Positions 27,360 to 35,630 of a stretch of 64,000 nucleotides of DNA are shown here, piece by piece (within the stretch, counting starts at the first letter, position 1; every line of letters begins with the position of its first letter). The position numbers and the translations under genes were made by a program. This DNA comes from an uncultured Bacteroidales bacterium. GTDB taxonomy: Bacteria; Bacillota_I; Bacilli_A; RFN20; CAG-826. Where the stretch lies: positions 8,199 through 72,198 of the forward strand of contig CAVJMG010000008.1 of NCBI GenBank assembly GCA_963650805.1. Direction: 5' to 3'. The notes beneath the pieces were generated by a model, which worked only from the letters and a program-made list of their open reading frames with translations, searched no databases and was not told the origin of the DNA.

Positions 27360-30167
27360 TCAGGAAACTTTGGTTATTGAGGAGAAGTTATAAGTCTCGT
27401 AATCGTATTCGTAGGTGCCGCTCATCCTGCCGGTTGACTCATTGTAGGTGAGGGTGACGTCGGTGTCGCCGGCGGTGAAGGTGATGGTGGAGCCGCTGAC
27501 GGAGTAGCTCATCGCGGTGCCGTTGTAGGTCCCGGTCCCGTCTTCGTTGAGGACGATGATGAAGCTTGACCCGTAGGAGTTCGTGGCTTTCCAGGTGCCG
27601 ACGTATCCGGCGGCGGTTTTCTCCTCGACTTTTGTCATCGCAAGCGCGGAGACGACGTTGTCGCCGTATTCGTCCTCAAGGTGGACGGTGACGCTTCCAT
27701 CGTCATTCCAAGTGATCGTGTTGAGGTCGCTATCGAAGGCTCCGAAGGAAGAAATCTTTCCCTTTTTGGTGGAGGAATCGTAAGTCCAAGTGAAGGAGGT
27801 TCCGTCCCAAGTCCCTGTTCCATCGGAATTGAGGACCATATCGATCTTGGTCGTGGATCTATAGGTTCCGCAGATTTCCTCGGGGATAGAAGGAGTGGGG
27901 GCTGGCTCTTCCTTAACGGTCAAGTTGGTGCCGGAGACGGTGTATTGCTTGCCGTCGATGGTCACGGTCGCTCCGTCTTCGAAGGTCCCCGAGACTTCGA
28001 CCAATTCGCCAGAGCTGATGCCGTAATTAGCGCTAGAAGTGACGTAGACCTTGATTTTCGAATCGGAGGTGGAATAGGTAGAGGTGATTTCTTCCTTAGC
28101 CCCGAAATACTCGCTGCTATAGAAGACGCCCTTGGCTTCGTCGTAATTGAGACCGTCGGCCATCAAAATCATGGGGACGCGGATGTTGAACAGCCCGCTG
28201 CTTAGCTTGGTGAAGCCGCCATCGTATTGAGTGCCCTTATCGGAATTGCCGAAGGCGGTTCCGTCTTCGTTGAGGGTGACTTTCTTCCCATTGGAGAAAT
28301 ACCATTCGCCGATAAAGGATTGCCCTTTGTAATCGGGAAGCACGAAGGTGGAAGAGCTCCTTGTGCCGGTGTAGGGATATTCCGAGCTCGTCGCGGTGTC
28401 ATAGCCCGTGATTTGCCCGTCTTCGTATTTGAAGATTTCACCTTCGTAACCTCCAGTGCCTTCGCCGATGAAGATATAGGTGCCGTCGAAGGTGTAGGAA
28501 TAGGTGAAGGTCTCGTAGTAGCGGTTCTGCCAATAGAAGGTGTCTTCGGTGAAGTGCCAAGTCCCGGTCACGGTATAGCAAGTGTAATCCCAAGTGCCGA
28601 GGATAAGGCTTAAGTCGCCGTAGCTAGCGTAGAGACTCGTATCGGTGAACAACGGGGCGAAGTAGCAGAAGGGCTGGGTTCCTTCTTCGTCGTAGAATAG
28701 TCCCGCATAAGAATATCCCGAGCGTTTGAACTCTTTGCTCAAAACCGCGGAGATGCCGTTTTTGTCGAATTCCCCTTTGCTCCAAGGAAGGGTCTGGTTC
28801 TGGCTTTCGCCGCCTTCGTAATTGCTAGAAAGGGTGACGCTGACTTTGCTCTCTTCTCCTTTGGGGGCGAGGCTGATCTCCCCGTCGACGATGGACCAAT
28901 AGGATGATAACCCTGCGTCTTCGATGGCCTTAGCGCCGCCTTCAGAGGCCAACCCGTTGACCCCGACGCTATCGGAGGAGGGGGTGATGTCCTTGGCGTA
29001 GTTAGCGTAATTCACCGTGCCTTGGATATTGCTCGAATATTCATATCCGTTGCTATAGGCGTAGCCAATCGAAGTCCCGGCGTAGGATTTGTAGTAGTTG
29101 TTGCCGGAGGGGGCGGCTTTGATCGAGTCGAAGGAGGAGAAGTTGTGGAGGACGGCGGTTTCGTAATACCCTTGCCCCAAAATGCCTCCGACGTAAGAAG
29201 CGTCGGTGTCGGTGGTTTCAAGGGAAGAGCCTTCGGCGTAGCAATCGACGATGCTGGTATAGCTAGAGATGACCGCGGAGATGCCTCCGACCACGCTTCC
29301 GCCTTTCAAATTGCCGGAATAGTAGGAAGAAGTAACGGCGTAGAGCCCGATGCTGGAGCTTGTCGATTCGTTGCTGATGGCCCCAACCACGCCGCCGACG
29401 GCATTGGTGGTGTCTGAAGAGTCGGACATGTCGCAGGTGATGTTGACCGTGGAGACGGCGTTGGAAAGCCCGACGTAGTAATTCTCCCCGGCCCCAAGCA
29501 TCCCGGCGATGCCGCCGACGACGAGGACGGCGCTGGAGTTTTGGGCAGAGGAAAGATTGATCTCGCCGCTGACCATGACGTTTTCGATGACGGTGTTGTA
29601 TCCGCCTCCTAGCAATCCGCCGACATAGACGTAGCTTTTCGCGCCAAGGGGGCTGAATTCGTAGTCGATGCTCACGGCGAGGTCATTGATCCTGCTAGAG
29701 CTAGCGTAGCCGAAGAGCCCGTAATAGCCGTTTTCCTTGGAGAAGTTATAAAGCGAGACGCCGGTGATGGAATGCTTCTTCCCATCGAAGGACCCATAGA
29801 AAGGGGCGTCCTTGCTGCCAATGGGGGAAAGAGTCTGGCCTTGGAGATCGATATCCGCGCCCAGGGTGTAATAGACAAATTCGCTCTTTTCCGTCAATAT
29901 GTTGTAGTTTTTGGCGAAGTTTAGGAACTGGGTTGAAGTGGAGATGACGTAGGGGTCCTCCTTGGTGCCGGAACCCGTCATTACCTCGGGAATAGAAGAG
30001 GACTCGCTGCTGCTAGAAGAGTCAGCTTGGGACGAAGAGGATGAGGATGAGGACGATGAGGAAGAAGCGGAACTGCCGCTTTCTCCTCCGCCTTGGTTGC
30101 AGGCCGCAAGCATGCCGGTGAGGGCAAGCGAAGCGAGAACCAATAGGCCTTTCTTACTGCTGTTCAT
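27360..30167 (-). CDS. Giant surface lipoprotein with multiple GLUG motifs (IgA-protease/adhesin-type beta-helix)
   Basis: MNSSKKGLLVLASLALTGMLAACNQGGG lipobox plus poly-Ser. Repeated GLUG-like segments VGGLLGGGYNT, VGGIAGMLG, VGGVVGAISN, VGGILGQGY. Upstream TATAAT and AAGGAG. Confidence 0.6.
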   Translation of the reverse strand: MNSSKKGLLVLASLALTGMLAACNQGGGESGSSASSSSSSSSSSSSQADSSSSSESSSIPEVMTGSGTKEDPYVISTSTQFLNFAKNYNILTEKSEFVYYTLGADIDLQGQTLSPIGSKDAPFYGSFDGKKHSITGVSLYNFSKENGYYGLFGYASSSRINDLAVSIDYEFSPLGAKSYVYVGGLLGGGYNTVIENVMVSGEINLSSAQNSSAVLVVGGIAGMLGAGENYYVGLSNAVSTVNITCDMSDSSDTTNAVGGVVGAISNESTSSSIGLYAVTSSYYSGNLKGGSVVGGISAVISSYTSIVDCYAEGSSLETTDTDASYVGGILGQGYYETAVLHNFSSFDSIKAAPSGNNYYKSYAGTSIGYAYSNGYEYSSNIQGTVNYANYAKDITPSSDSVGVNGLASEGGAKAIEDAGLSSYWSIVDGEISLAPKGEESKVSVTLSSNYEGGESQNQTLPWSKGEFDKNGISAVLSKEFKRSGYSYAGLFYDEEGTQPFCYFAPLFTDTSLYASYGDLSLILGTWDYTCYTVTGTWHFTEDTFYWQNRYYETFTYSYTFDGTYIFIGEGTGGYEGEIFKYEDGQITGYDTATSSEYPYTGTRSSSTFVLPDYKGQSFIGEWYFSNGKKVTLNEDGTAFGNSDKGTQYDGGFTKLSSGLFNIRVPMILMADGLNYDEAKGVFYSSEYFGAKEEITSTYSTSDSKIKVYVTSSANYGISSGELVEVSGTFEDGATVTIDGKQYTVSGTNLTVKEEPAPTPSIPEEICGTYRSTTKIDMVLNSDGTGTWDGTSFTWTYDSSTKKGKISSFGAFDSDLNTITWNDDGSVTVHLEDEYGDNVVSALAMTKVEEKTAAGYVGTWKATNSYGSSFIIVLNEDGTGTYNGTAMSYSVSGSTITFTAGDTDVTLTYNESTGRMSGTYEYDYETYNFSSITKVS

Positions 30168-30681
30168 GATTTACTCCTTGTTTAGAACGCGCGGATTATA
30201 AAACCTCTAGCAAAATTGAAAAGACTTATTTTCTCTCGATTGGGTCGAACTTTTTTCAATTGACGTTTTTCAGTTCGATCGACTTTTCGGCTTAGAAAAA
30301 AGGAATGCATCATTACGTCAAACTGTTATTTGGACGAAATGCGTCAACGTTAAGGAATTCCACTTCAATTTCGTCTAATAAAACTTTCGCGATGAGCTTA
30401 AAAACTAGCCGAAAGAGAGGTTTTTTGGTAGCTTTGATTGGCTATATAAGTTCCAAACTTTCCAAAGCAAGTTCTATCGAGACGATTTTCTAAAGTTGCT
30501 TTCTTCGTCGATGGAAAACAGCCTATGGAGAGAAAAACCTCGTCTTCATAAACTCATTGGCGTTAAACTGACGGGAATTCCCCAAATTGGATTTGCTTTG
30601 ATTCACGGGCTCCCTTCTTTCTCAATACCTTCTTGATTCGTTTCCCTCGCCTCGCCGTCTTTGCTTTATAATTCCCTAGCC

Positions 30682-31314
30682 ATGGGAAAAGAGCCGTTCA
30701 TCAAATACAAGGGGAAGAAATACTCCGTCTCCATCGTTAATGATGAGCAGGCGAGAAACTACCTCGTCACCCTGGATAAAGAGAAAGACGCCTTAACCGT
30801 CTCTTGCCCTAGAAGAGGGAATGAAGCAGGGGCCTTAAAAGCGGCGAAAAGCTGCTTGCCCTCGCTATATTGGCTGAGGATTAAACAAATATCCCCATAT
30901 AAAGATGGATGCATCTACCTTTTCGGCGAGAAAGTCTACGTCGGGCAGATGAACGAAGAAGACCTCGATATATTCATGAAGGAAAAAGCCCTTCCCTATT
31001 ACAAAGAAAGAGTGGCCCATTTCGAAAAGGAAATGGGCGTAAGCGAGCCTTACCGAGTCAGGGTCAGGACGATGAAAACCCGCTATGGGGTCAATTCCAG
31101 GCGGACTCACTGCATAACCCTGCAGACTCAACTCATAAGCTTCCCTCCGGAGATCATCGATTCGGTCGTCGTCCATGAGCTCGCCCATCACTTCGTCTTC
31201 AACCACAGCAAGGCATTCTACGACGTCGTTTACCGTTATTGCCCCGATTACAAAATCCTCATCGAGCAACTAAGGACCAAACAATATGAAAGAAAGACTG
31301 ACCTCGGTAAATAA
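30682..31314 (+). CDS. YgjP/DUF45-family (SprT/M48-like) metal-dependent hydrolase
   Basis: C-terminal motif VVHELAHHFVFNHSKAFYDVV is the DUF45 HExxH...NHS...F signature. ATG 30682 (the track start at 30661 is TTG). Confidence 0.6.
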   Translation: MGKEPFIKYKGKKYSVSIVNDEQARNYLVTLDKEKDALTVSCPRRGNEAGALKAAKSCLPSLYWLRIKQISPYKDGCIYLFGEKVYVGQMNEEDLDIFMKEKALPYYKERVAHFEKEMGVSEPYRVRVRTMKTRYGVNSRRTHCITLQTQLISFPPEIIDSVVVHELAHHFVFNHSKAFYDVVYRYCPDYKILIEQLRTKQYERKTDLGK

Positions 31315-32002
31315 CCCCCATATCAAAGAGCTCTCTTGCCTTAAGAAGAATAATCCCGAGCTTTTCCTCGTCGAGGGCTTCCACCTCGTGGAGATGGCTA
31401 TCCGGCATGGCGACCTTGTCGAAGTCCTTTCTTCGTCCCCTTATGAAGCGAATTGCCGCTGCGTCGAGGTGACTCCCCAAATCATTGCTAAACTGGCTCA
31501 AAGCAAAACCCCCGAAGGAATCATCGGAGTATGCAAGAAGAGAGAGGAGACTACGCTTTCTAACGATAGGGTATTGTTTTTAGACCGCGTCCAAGACCCA
31601 GGTAACATCGGAACCCTTTTGCGGAGCGCCCTTTGCTTCGGCTATAAGGAGATCATCTCCATTTCCGGAAGCGCCTCTTTCTACAACCCCAAGGCCATCG
31701 CCTCTAGCCAAGGGGCGCTATTCGCACTTTCCCTCCATGAGAATTGGAGCCAAGAGGAAGCGGTGGAGACCCTGAAGAAAGAAGGCTATTATCTTTTGGG
31801 CAGCTCCTTAGCTAACGGAGCCGACTTCCATTCGCTTCCTCCTTTGCCAAAGAAAAGCTGCCTCATCCTCGGCAACGAAGGCAAAGGCATGAGCGACTAC
31901 CTCTTATCCCAAACCGACGCCAACGCCTATATCCCCATCGAGGGCATCGATTCCCTTAACGTCGGCGTCGCCGGGGGGATATTGATGGAGCGTTTCCGCT
32001 GA
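31286..32002 (+). CDS. TrmH (SpoU)-family RNA 2'-O-methyltransferase
   Basis: SPOUT-family motifs LDRVQDPGNIGTLLRSA and LILGNEGKGMS...IPIEGIDSLNVGVAGGILM. Overlaps the upstream gene by 29 nt. Confidence 0.7.
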   Translation: MKERLTSVNNPHIKELSCLKKNNPELFLVEGFHLVEMAIRHGDLVEVLSSSPYEANCRCVEVTPQIIAKLAQSKTPEGIIGVCKKREETTLSNDRVLFLDRVQDPGNIGTLLRSALCFGYKEIISISGSASFYNPKAIASSQGALFALSLHENWSQEEAVETLKKEGYYLLGSSLANGADFHSLPPLPKKSCLILGNEGKGMSDYLLSQTDANAYIPIEGIDSLNVGVAGGILMERFR

Positions 32003-32059
32003 CTTTCTTTTAGAAAAGAAAAGCGGTGCATTTTTTTCTCGTTGGTCCATAATCAAGGC

Positions 32060-33262
32060 ATGAAAAAGATCTATGCATTAATCGCCACTTCGCTTCTTCT
32101 TGCTTCCTGCGCATCTGGAGGCAATAAAGAAGGGGAAGGTAAAGCCTACATCGCCTCCTTAAAGGAAGCGACCCAATCTTCCTTGAAGCAGGATTCCTAT
32201 TTCTTCTCCAGCAACGGGTCGGGCATCAAATTCGCCGCGGGGGTCAAAAACCTCAACGACACCTATTACCATCTCTCCGGCTCCTCCATCCTTTTCGAAG
32301 GCGGGGCCAAAGGGCTTAAGTCGAAGCAGCTTAAGGATTACCAGGGCGAATTGCTCCTGCAAGGCGGGACCATCAGCTTAGACACCAACATGAAGGAAAT
32401 CTCTAGTTACAAGAATTTCCTCAAGCTCTCCCCGCTTAAAGCCAAACTCTATTTCTCCGACTCGGCCGTCTATTTCAACGCCTCCGGATCGCAAGGGGAG
32501 ACCAACGCCACTTTGGGGTTGCTCGTCCAAACCGCGATTCAAGGCATCACCGGCGATTCCTCTTACGTCCTTTACGGGGGAGGCAACAGGCTCGACAGCC
32601 AAAACAAATACAAAGGGAAGTGGACCCTCTCTGCGGAAGACCAGGCCACGATTTCGGAGCACCTCCCCTTGGTGGATGAGAATAACGATTATTCCTCCGC
32701 GATCGCCTCGCTTTCTTCTTTCCTAGAAGGGGCCTATAGCGATTCTAACGGCAAAACCTCCTTCTCCTTCGAGACCAAGGAAGACGGCCAAAAGAAAATC
32801 GCCTTCGAATCCAAGGACAAGAGCGTCCTCGCCTCTTGCTTTGCCTCCGCTTTAAGCAAAGGCGACCTCAGCTCCTTCACCTCCTCTTCGACCTCCTATA
32901 CCTACGACGAAGCCAAGCAAAAGGCCGACAAATTCCTAAGCTACGCCGAGCCAAAGGCCTTCAAGATCGAAGTCTATTTCAACGCGACTTCTTTATTGCA
33001 AACCCGCTTCGACGTCAATTTCGCCCTCGACGAAGCCAAAATCAAAGAGCTTTACCCTAACGGCATGATCGACGCCTCCGAAGGCATCGAAGAAGGGGAA
33101 GACCCCAAGGATTATCGGTTTATCCTCGATTCCTCCTTGTCTTTCTCCGGCTCCATCATGAGCGATTTCTCCTCAACCTCCCCCTTCACCCTGCCTGATC
33201 TCTCCTCCTACTTGGAATTCCCCGAGGTCAAGCTTTCCTCTAACGAGCCCGAAGTCGCCTAA
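32060..33262 (+). CDS. Lipoprotein, function unknown
   Basis: MKKIYALIATSLLLASCASGG lipobox. ATG 32060 after AAGG. Confidence 0.55.
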   Translation: MKKIYALIATSLLLASCASGGNKEGEGKAYIASLKEATQSSLKQDSYFFSSNGSGIKFAAGVKNLNDTYYHLSGSSILFEGGAKGLKSKQLKDYQGELLLQGGTISLDTNMKEISSYKNFLKLSPLKAKLYFSDSAVYFNASGSQGETNATLGLLVQTAIQGITGDSSYVLYGGGNRLDSQNKYKGKWTLSAEDQATISEHLPLVDENNDYSSAIASLSSFLEGAYSDSNGKTSFSFETKEDGQKKIAFESKDKSVLASCFASALSKGDLSSFTSSSTSYTYDEAKQKADKFLSYAEPKAFKIEVYFNATSLLQTRFDVNFALDEAKIKELYPNGMIDASEGIEEGEDPKDYRFILDSSLSFSGSIMSDFSSTSPFTLPDLSSYLEFPEVKLSSNEPEVA

Positions 33263-33268
33263 TTCTTT

Positions 33269-33293
33269 GGCCCCATCATTCACGGGGCTTTTT
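33269..33293 (+). terminator. Rho-independent terminator
   Basis: gcccc-atcattcac-ggggc followed by TTTTT. Confidence 0.5.
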
Positions 33294-33344
33294 AAAAGTT
33301 CGGATTGGCCTTAATAATTCTTTTCTTTGAATAAAAACAAGCTT

Positions 33345-34301
33345 ATGAAATTCCTTTTTTTCGACATCGAATGCGCGAATTGCTTTAACGCCGAGCCGAA
33401 GGTCTGCGAATTCGGCTACGTCCTCACAGACGAGAATTTTACCGTCCTCAAAAAGCGAGACATCCCTATGTCCCCTGGGAAGGGGAAGGGGACTTCTTTT
33501 GACATGAAGATAAGGAAATTCGACCCTAACTTCGACTGGGCCTATGACATCTCCTATTATTATTCTTGCCCGGAGTTCCCGACTTATTACGAGCGTATCG
33601 CGAGCTTATTGAAGCGGGAGGATACCCTTGTCTTCGGCTTCTCCGTTTTCAATGACGTCACCTACCTCGATTCCGCCATCTCCATCTATGGGCTAGAGAG
33701 GTTCGATTACAGGGTTAACGACATCCAAAAGCTGGCCTCTTGCCTATTGAAGAAGAAGGCTTCTTTTAATTTGGAGGGGCTTTTTTCTTCCCTTTGCGGC
33801 AAGCGAGAGCTCATTCGCCTTCAACCCCATCTTTCCAGGGACGACGCCTACATGAGCATGAGGATCCTCCAAACCCTTTGCCAAAAGGAGAACCTCTCCC
33901 CAAAAGAGCTTTTCCAGAAATACCCCCATTGCGGCTTTTCGTCTTTGGAAACCCTGGAAAAGCATTATGAGAAGGTTGCCCACCAGCAAGAAAGTACGGA
34001 GAGGCTTAAAGAAGGCAAAAGGCGGTGGGAAGAATTTTGCCGGGAAGGGCAAAGCAAGCACCCCTGGGCTTGCCCCAATTCCTCGCTTCTTAAGAATCCG
34101 GAGAGATTAAGCACCTTGATCGCCCTTTGCCAAAAAATGGGCTATGGGGGAGCCTACAAGCTTTTTAGAAGCGATGTTTTCCTCGTTTCCTCCAAGGTAG
34201 AGGCGGAAAAAGCCAAAAGCTCCTTGAAGGGGGCTTACGGCGGGAAGATTATGACCCTTGAGGAATTTCTAAAGTCCTCGGACTCTTCCCCTTCTTCCTA
34301 A
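33345..34301 (+). CDS. Putative DEDDh-type 3'-5' exonuclease-fold protein
   Basis: FFDIECAN (Exo I D.E), FNDVTYLD (Exo II), HLSRDDAYM (Exo III H-x4-D). ATG 33345 (the track start at 33327 is TTG). Confidence 0.4.
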   Translation: MKFLFFDIECANCFNAEPKVCEFGYVLTDENFTVLKKRDIPMSPGKGKGTSFDMKIRKFDPNFDWAYDISYYYSCPEFPTYYERIASLLKREDTLVFGFSVFNDVTYLDSAISIYGLERFDYRVNDIQKLASCLLKKKASFNLEGLFSSLCGKRELIRLQPHLSRDDAYMSMRILQTLCQKENLSPKELFQKYPHCGFSSLETLEKHYEKVAHQQESTERLKEGKRRWEEFCREGQSKHPWACPNSSLLKNPERLSTLIALCQKMGYGGAYKLFRSDVFLVSSKVEAEKAKSSLKGAYGGKIMTLEEFLKSSDSSPSS

Positions 34302-34319
34302 ATGAGGGTTTTTCTTGAA

Positions 34320-34572
34320 AGGCGTAGGGAAGGGGATAGAATGGAACCGTCCAATGAAGCGGAGCAGTAGCGGAGCTACTTCCGGGCACAGGGAGGGATG
34401 AACAGTGAGACCATCCCCGATGGAAGCCGCGAATTCGCCGCCGAGGACGGGAGGGTGACCTCCCCGGCCCCGCCGTTATCGGGAGTGAGAGCGATTTGGG
34501 AAAGTCCAAATCGAAGTGGGATGGCACCGCGGAGTTATCCGTTCCCGCCGGGCCGTCTTTTATTTTTAAGGA
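34320..34572 (+). promoter_or_regulatory. T-box riboswitch leader upstream of pheST (Phe specifier UUC)
   Basis: Conserved T-box sequence aagtGGGATGGCACCGCGGag at about 34519-34539. The specifier-loop candidate gctacTTCcggg contains UUC. Terminator/T-tract cgtcttttattttt lies just before the RBS AAGGAG. Confidence 0.6.
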
Positions 34573-34580
34573 GTATGAGC

Positions 34581-35621
34581 ATGGATCCCATCCAAACGGC
34601 ATCCTCGGTCTTAGAGGAAGCCAAAAACGCCGAGAAGGAAGTCAAAGACCAGAATTCGCTGTCCGAGTATTTTAACCGCTTCCTTTCCAAAAAAGGCAAA
34701 GCCAGCGGCTTGATGACCTTGATGAGAGAGGTCTCCAACGAGAACAAGGCCGCCTTTGGGAAGAAAGTCAACGAAGTCCGCGCCTCCATCGCCTCTTTCT
34801 ACGAAGCGAAGAAGAAGGAGCTTGAGCAGAAGGAGCTTGAGGAAAAGCTCCGGAAGGAAAGAATCGACATCTCTTTGCCCCCTAGAGGGAACCTTTCCGG
34901 CAGGAAGAATCCCTTCTACCAGATCATCGACGAAGTCGAAGACGCCTTCGTCTCGATGGGCTACCAGGTGGTTTCCGGCAGGGACGTGGAAACCGATCAT
35001 TATAATTTCGAGCTTTTGAACGTCCCCAAGGACCATCCTTCCCGCGACATGCAGGACACCTTCTATTTCGACGCGGAGACGCTGCTGAGGACCCAAACCT
35101 CCGCCGCGCAAGCCCACGCGATGGTCAACAACCTCGAGAAGACGCCGATTAAGATCATCTGCCCGGGGAAAGCCTATCGCCGCGATGACGACGACATGAC
35201 CCATTCCCATCAATTCGCCCAAATCGAAGGCTTGGTGGTGGACAAAGACATCTCCTTGGCCAACCTAAAGGCCACTTTGGAGCTCTTCGTTAAGAAAATG
35301 TTCGGTGAGAAGCGCGAAATCAGGCTCCGTTCCTCCTATTTCCCCTTCACCGAGCCTAGCGTCGAAGTCGACGTCTCTTGCTTTAATTGCCAGGGGAAGG
35401 GCTGCCCGATGTGCAAAGACACGGGCTGGATCGAAATCCTCGGCGCCGGCATGGTCAATCCCAAAGTTTTGTCGATGTGCGGATATGACCCCGAAATCTA
35501 CTCCGGCTTCGCCTTTGGCGTCGGCGTTGAGCGGGTCGCCATGCTCCGCTATGGGGTAGACGACATCCGCCGCTTCTACCAAAACGACATCCGCTTCCTT
35601 AAGGAATTCCCCGGAAAGTGA
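34581..35621 (+). CDS. pheS: Phenylalanine--tRNA ligase alpha subunit
   Basis: Class II aaRS motifs (FPFTEPS, GAGMV...GFAFGVGVERVAMLRYG). ATG 34581 lies 7 nt after AAGGAG; the ORF track extends upstream through the leader. Confidence 0.9.
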   Translation: MDPIQTASSVLEEAKNAEKEVKDQNSLSEYFNRFLSKKGKASGLMTLMREVSNENKAAFGKKVNEVRASIASFYEAKKKELEQKELEEKLRKERIDISLPPRGNLSGRKNPFYQIIDEVEDAFVSMGYQVVSGRDVETDHYNFELLNVPKDHPSRDMQDTFYFDAETLLRTQTSAAQAHAMVNNLEKTPIKIICPGKAYRRDDDDMTHSHQFAQIEGLVVDKDISLANLKATLELFVKKMFGEKREIRLRSSYFPFTEPSVEVDVSCFNCQGKGCPMCKDTGWIEILGAGMVNPKVLSMCGYDPEIYSGFAFGVGVERVAMLRYGVDDIRRFYQNDIRFLKEFPGK

Positions 35622-35630
35622 GAGCTAAAC

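Noticed and set aside
34249-34602. 117-aa minus-strand ORF and the 5' extension of the pheS ORF (34398..34580)
   Set aside because: The region is occupied by a T-box leader RNA with conserved core sequence. The real pheS start is the ATG at 34581, 7 nt after AAGGAG.
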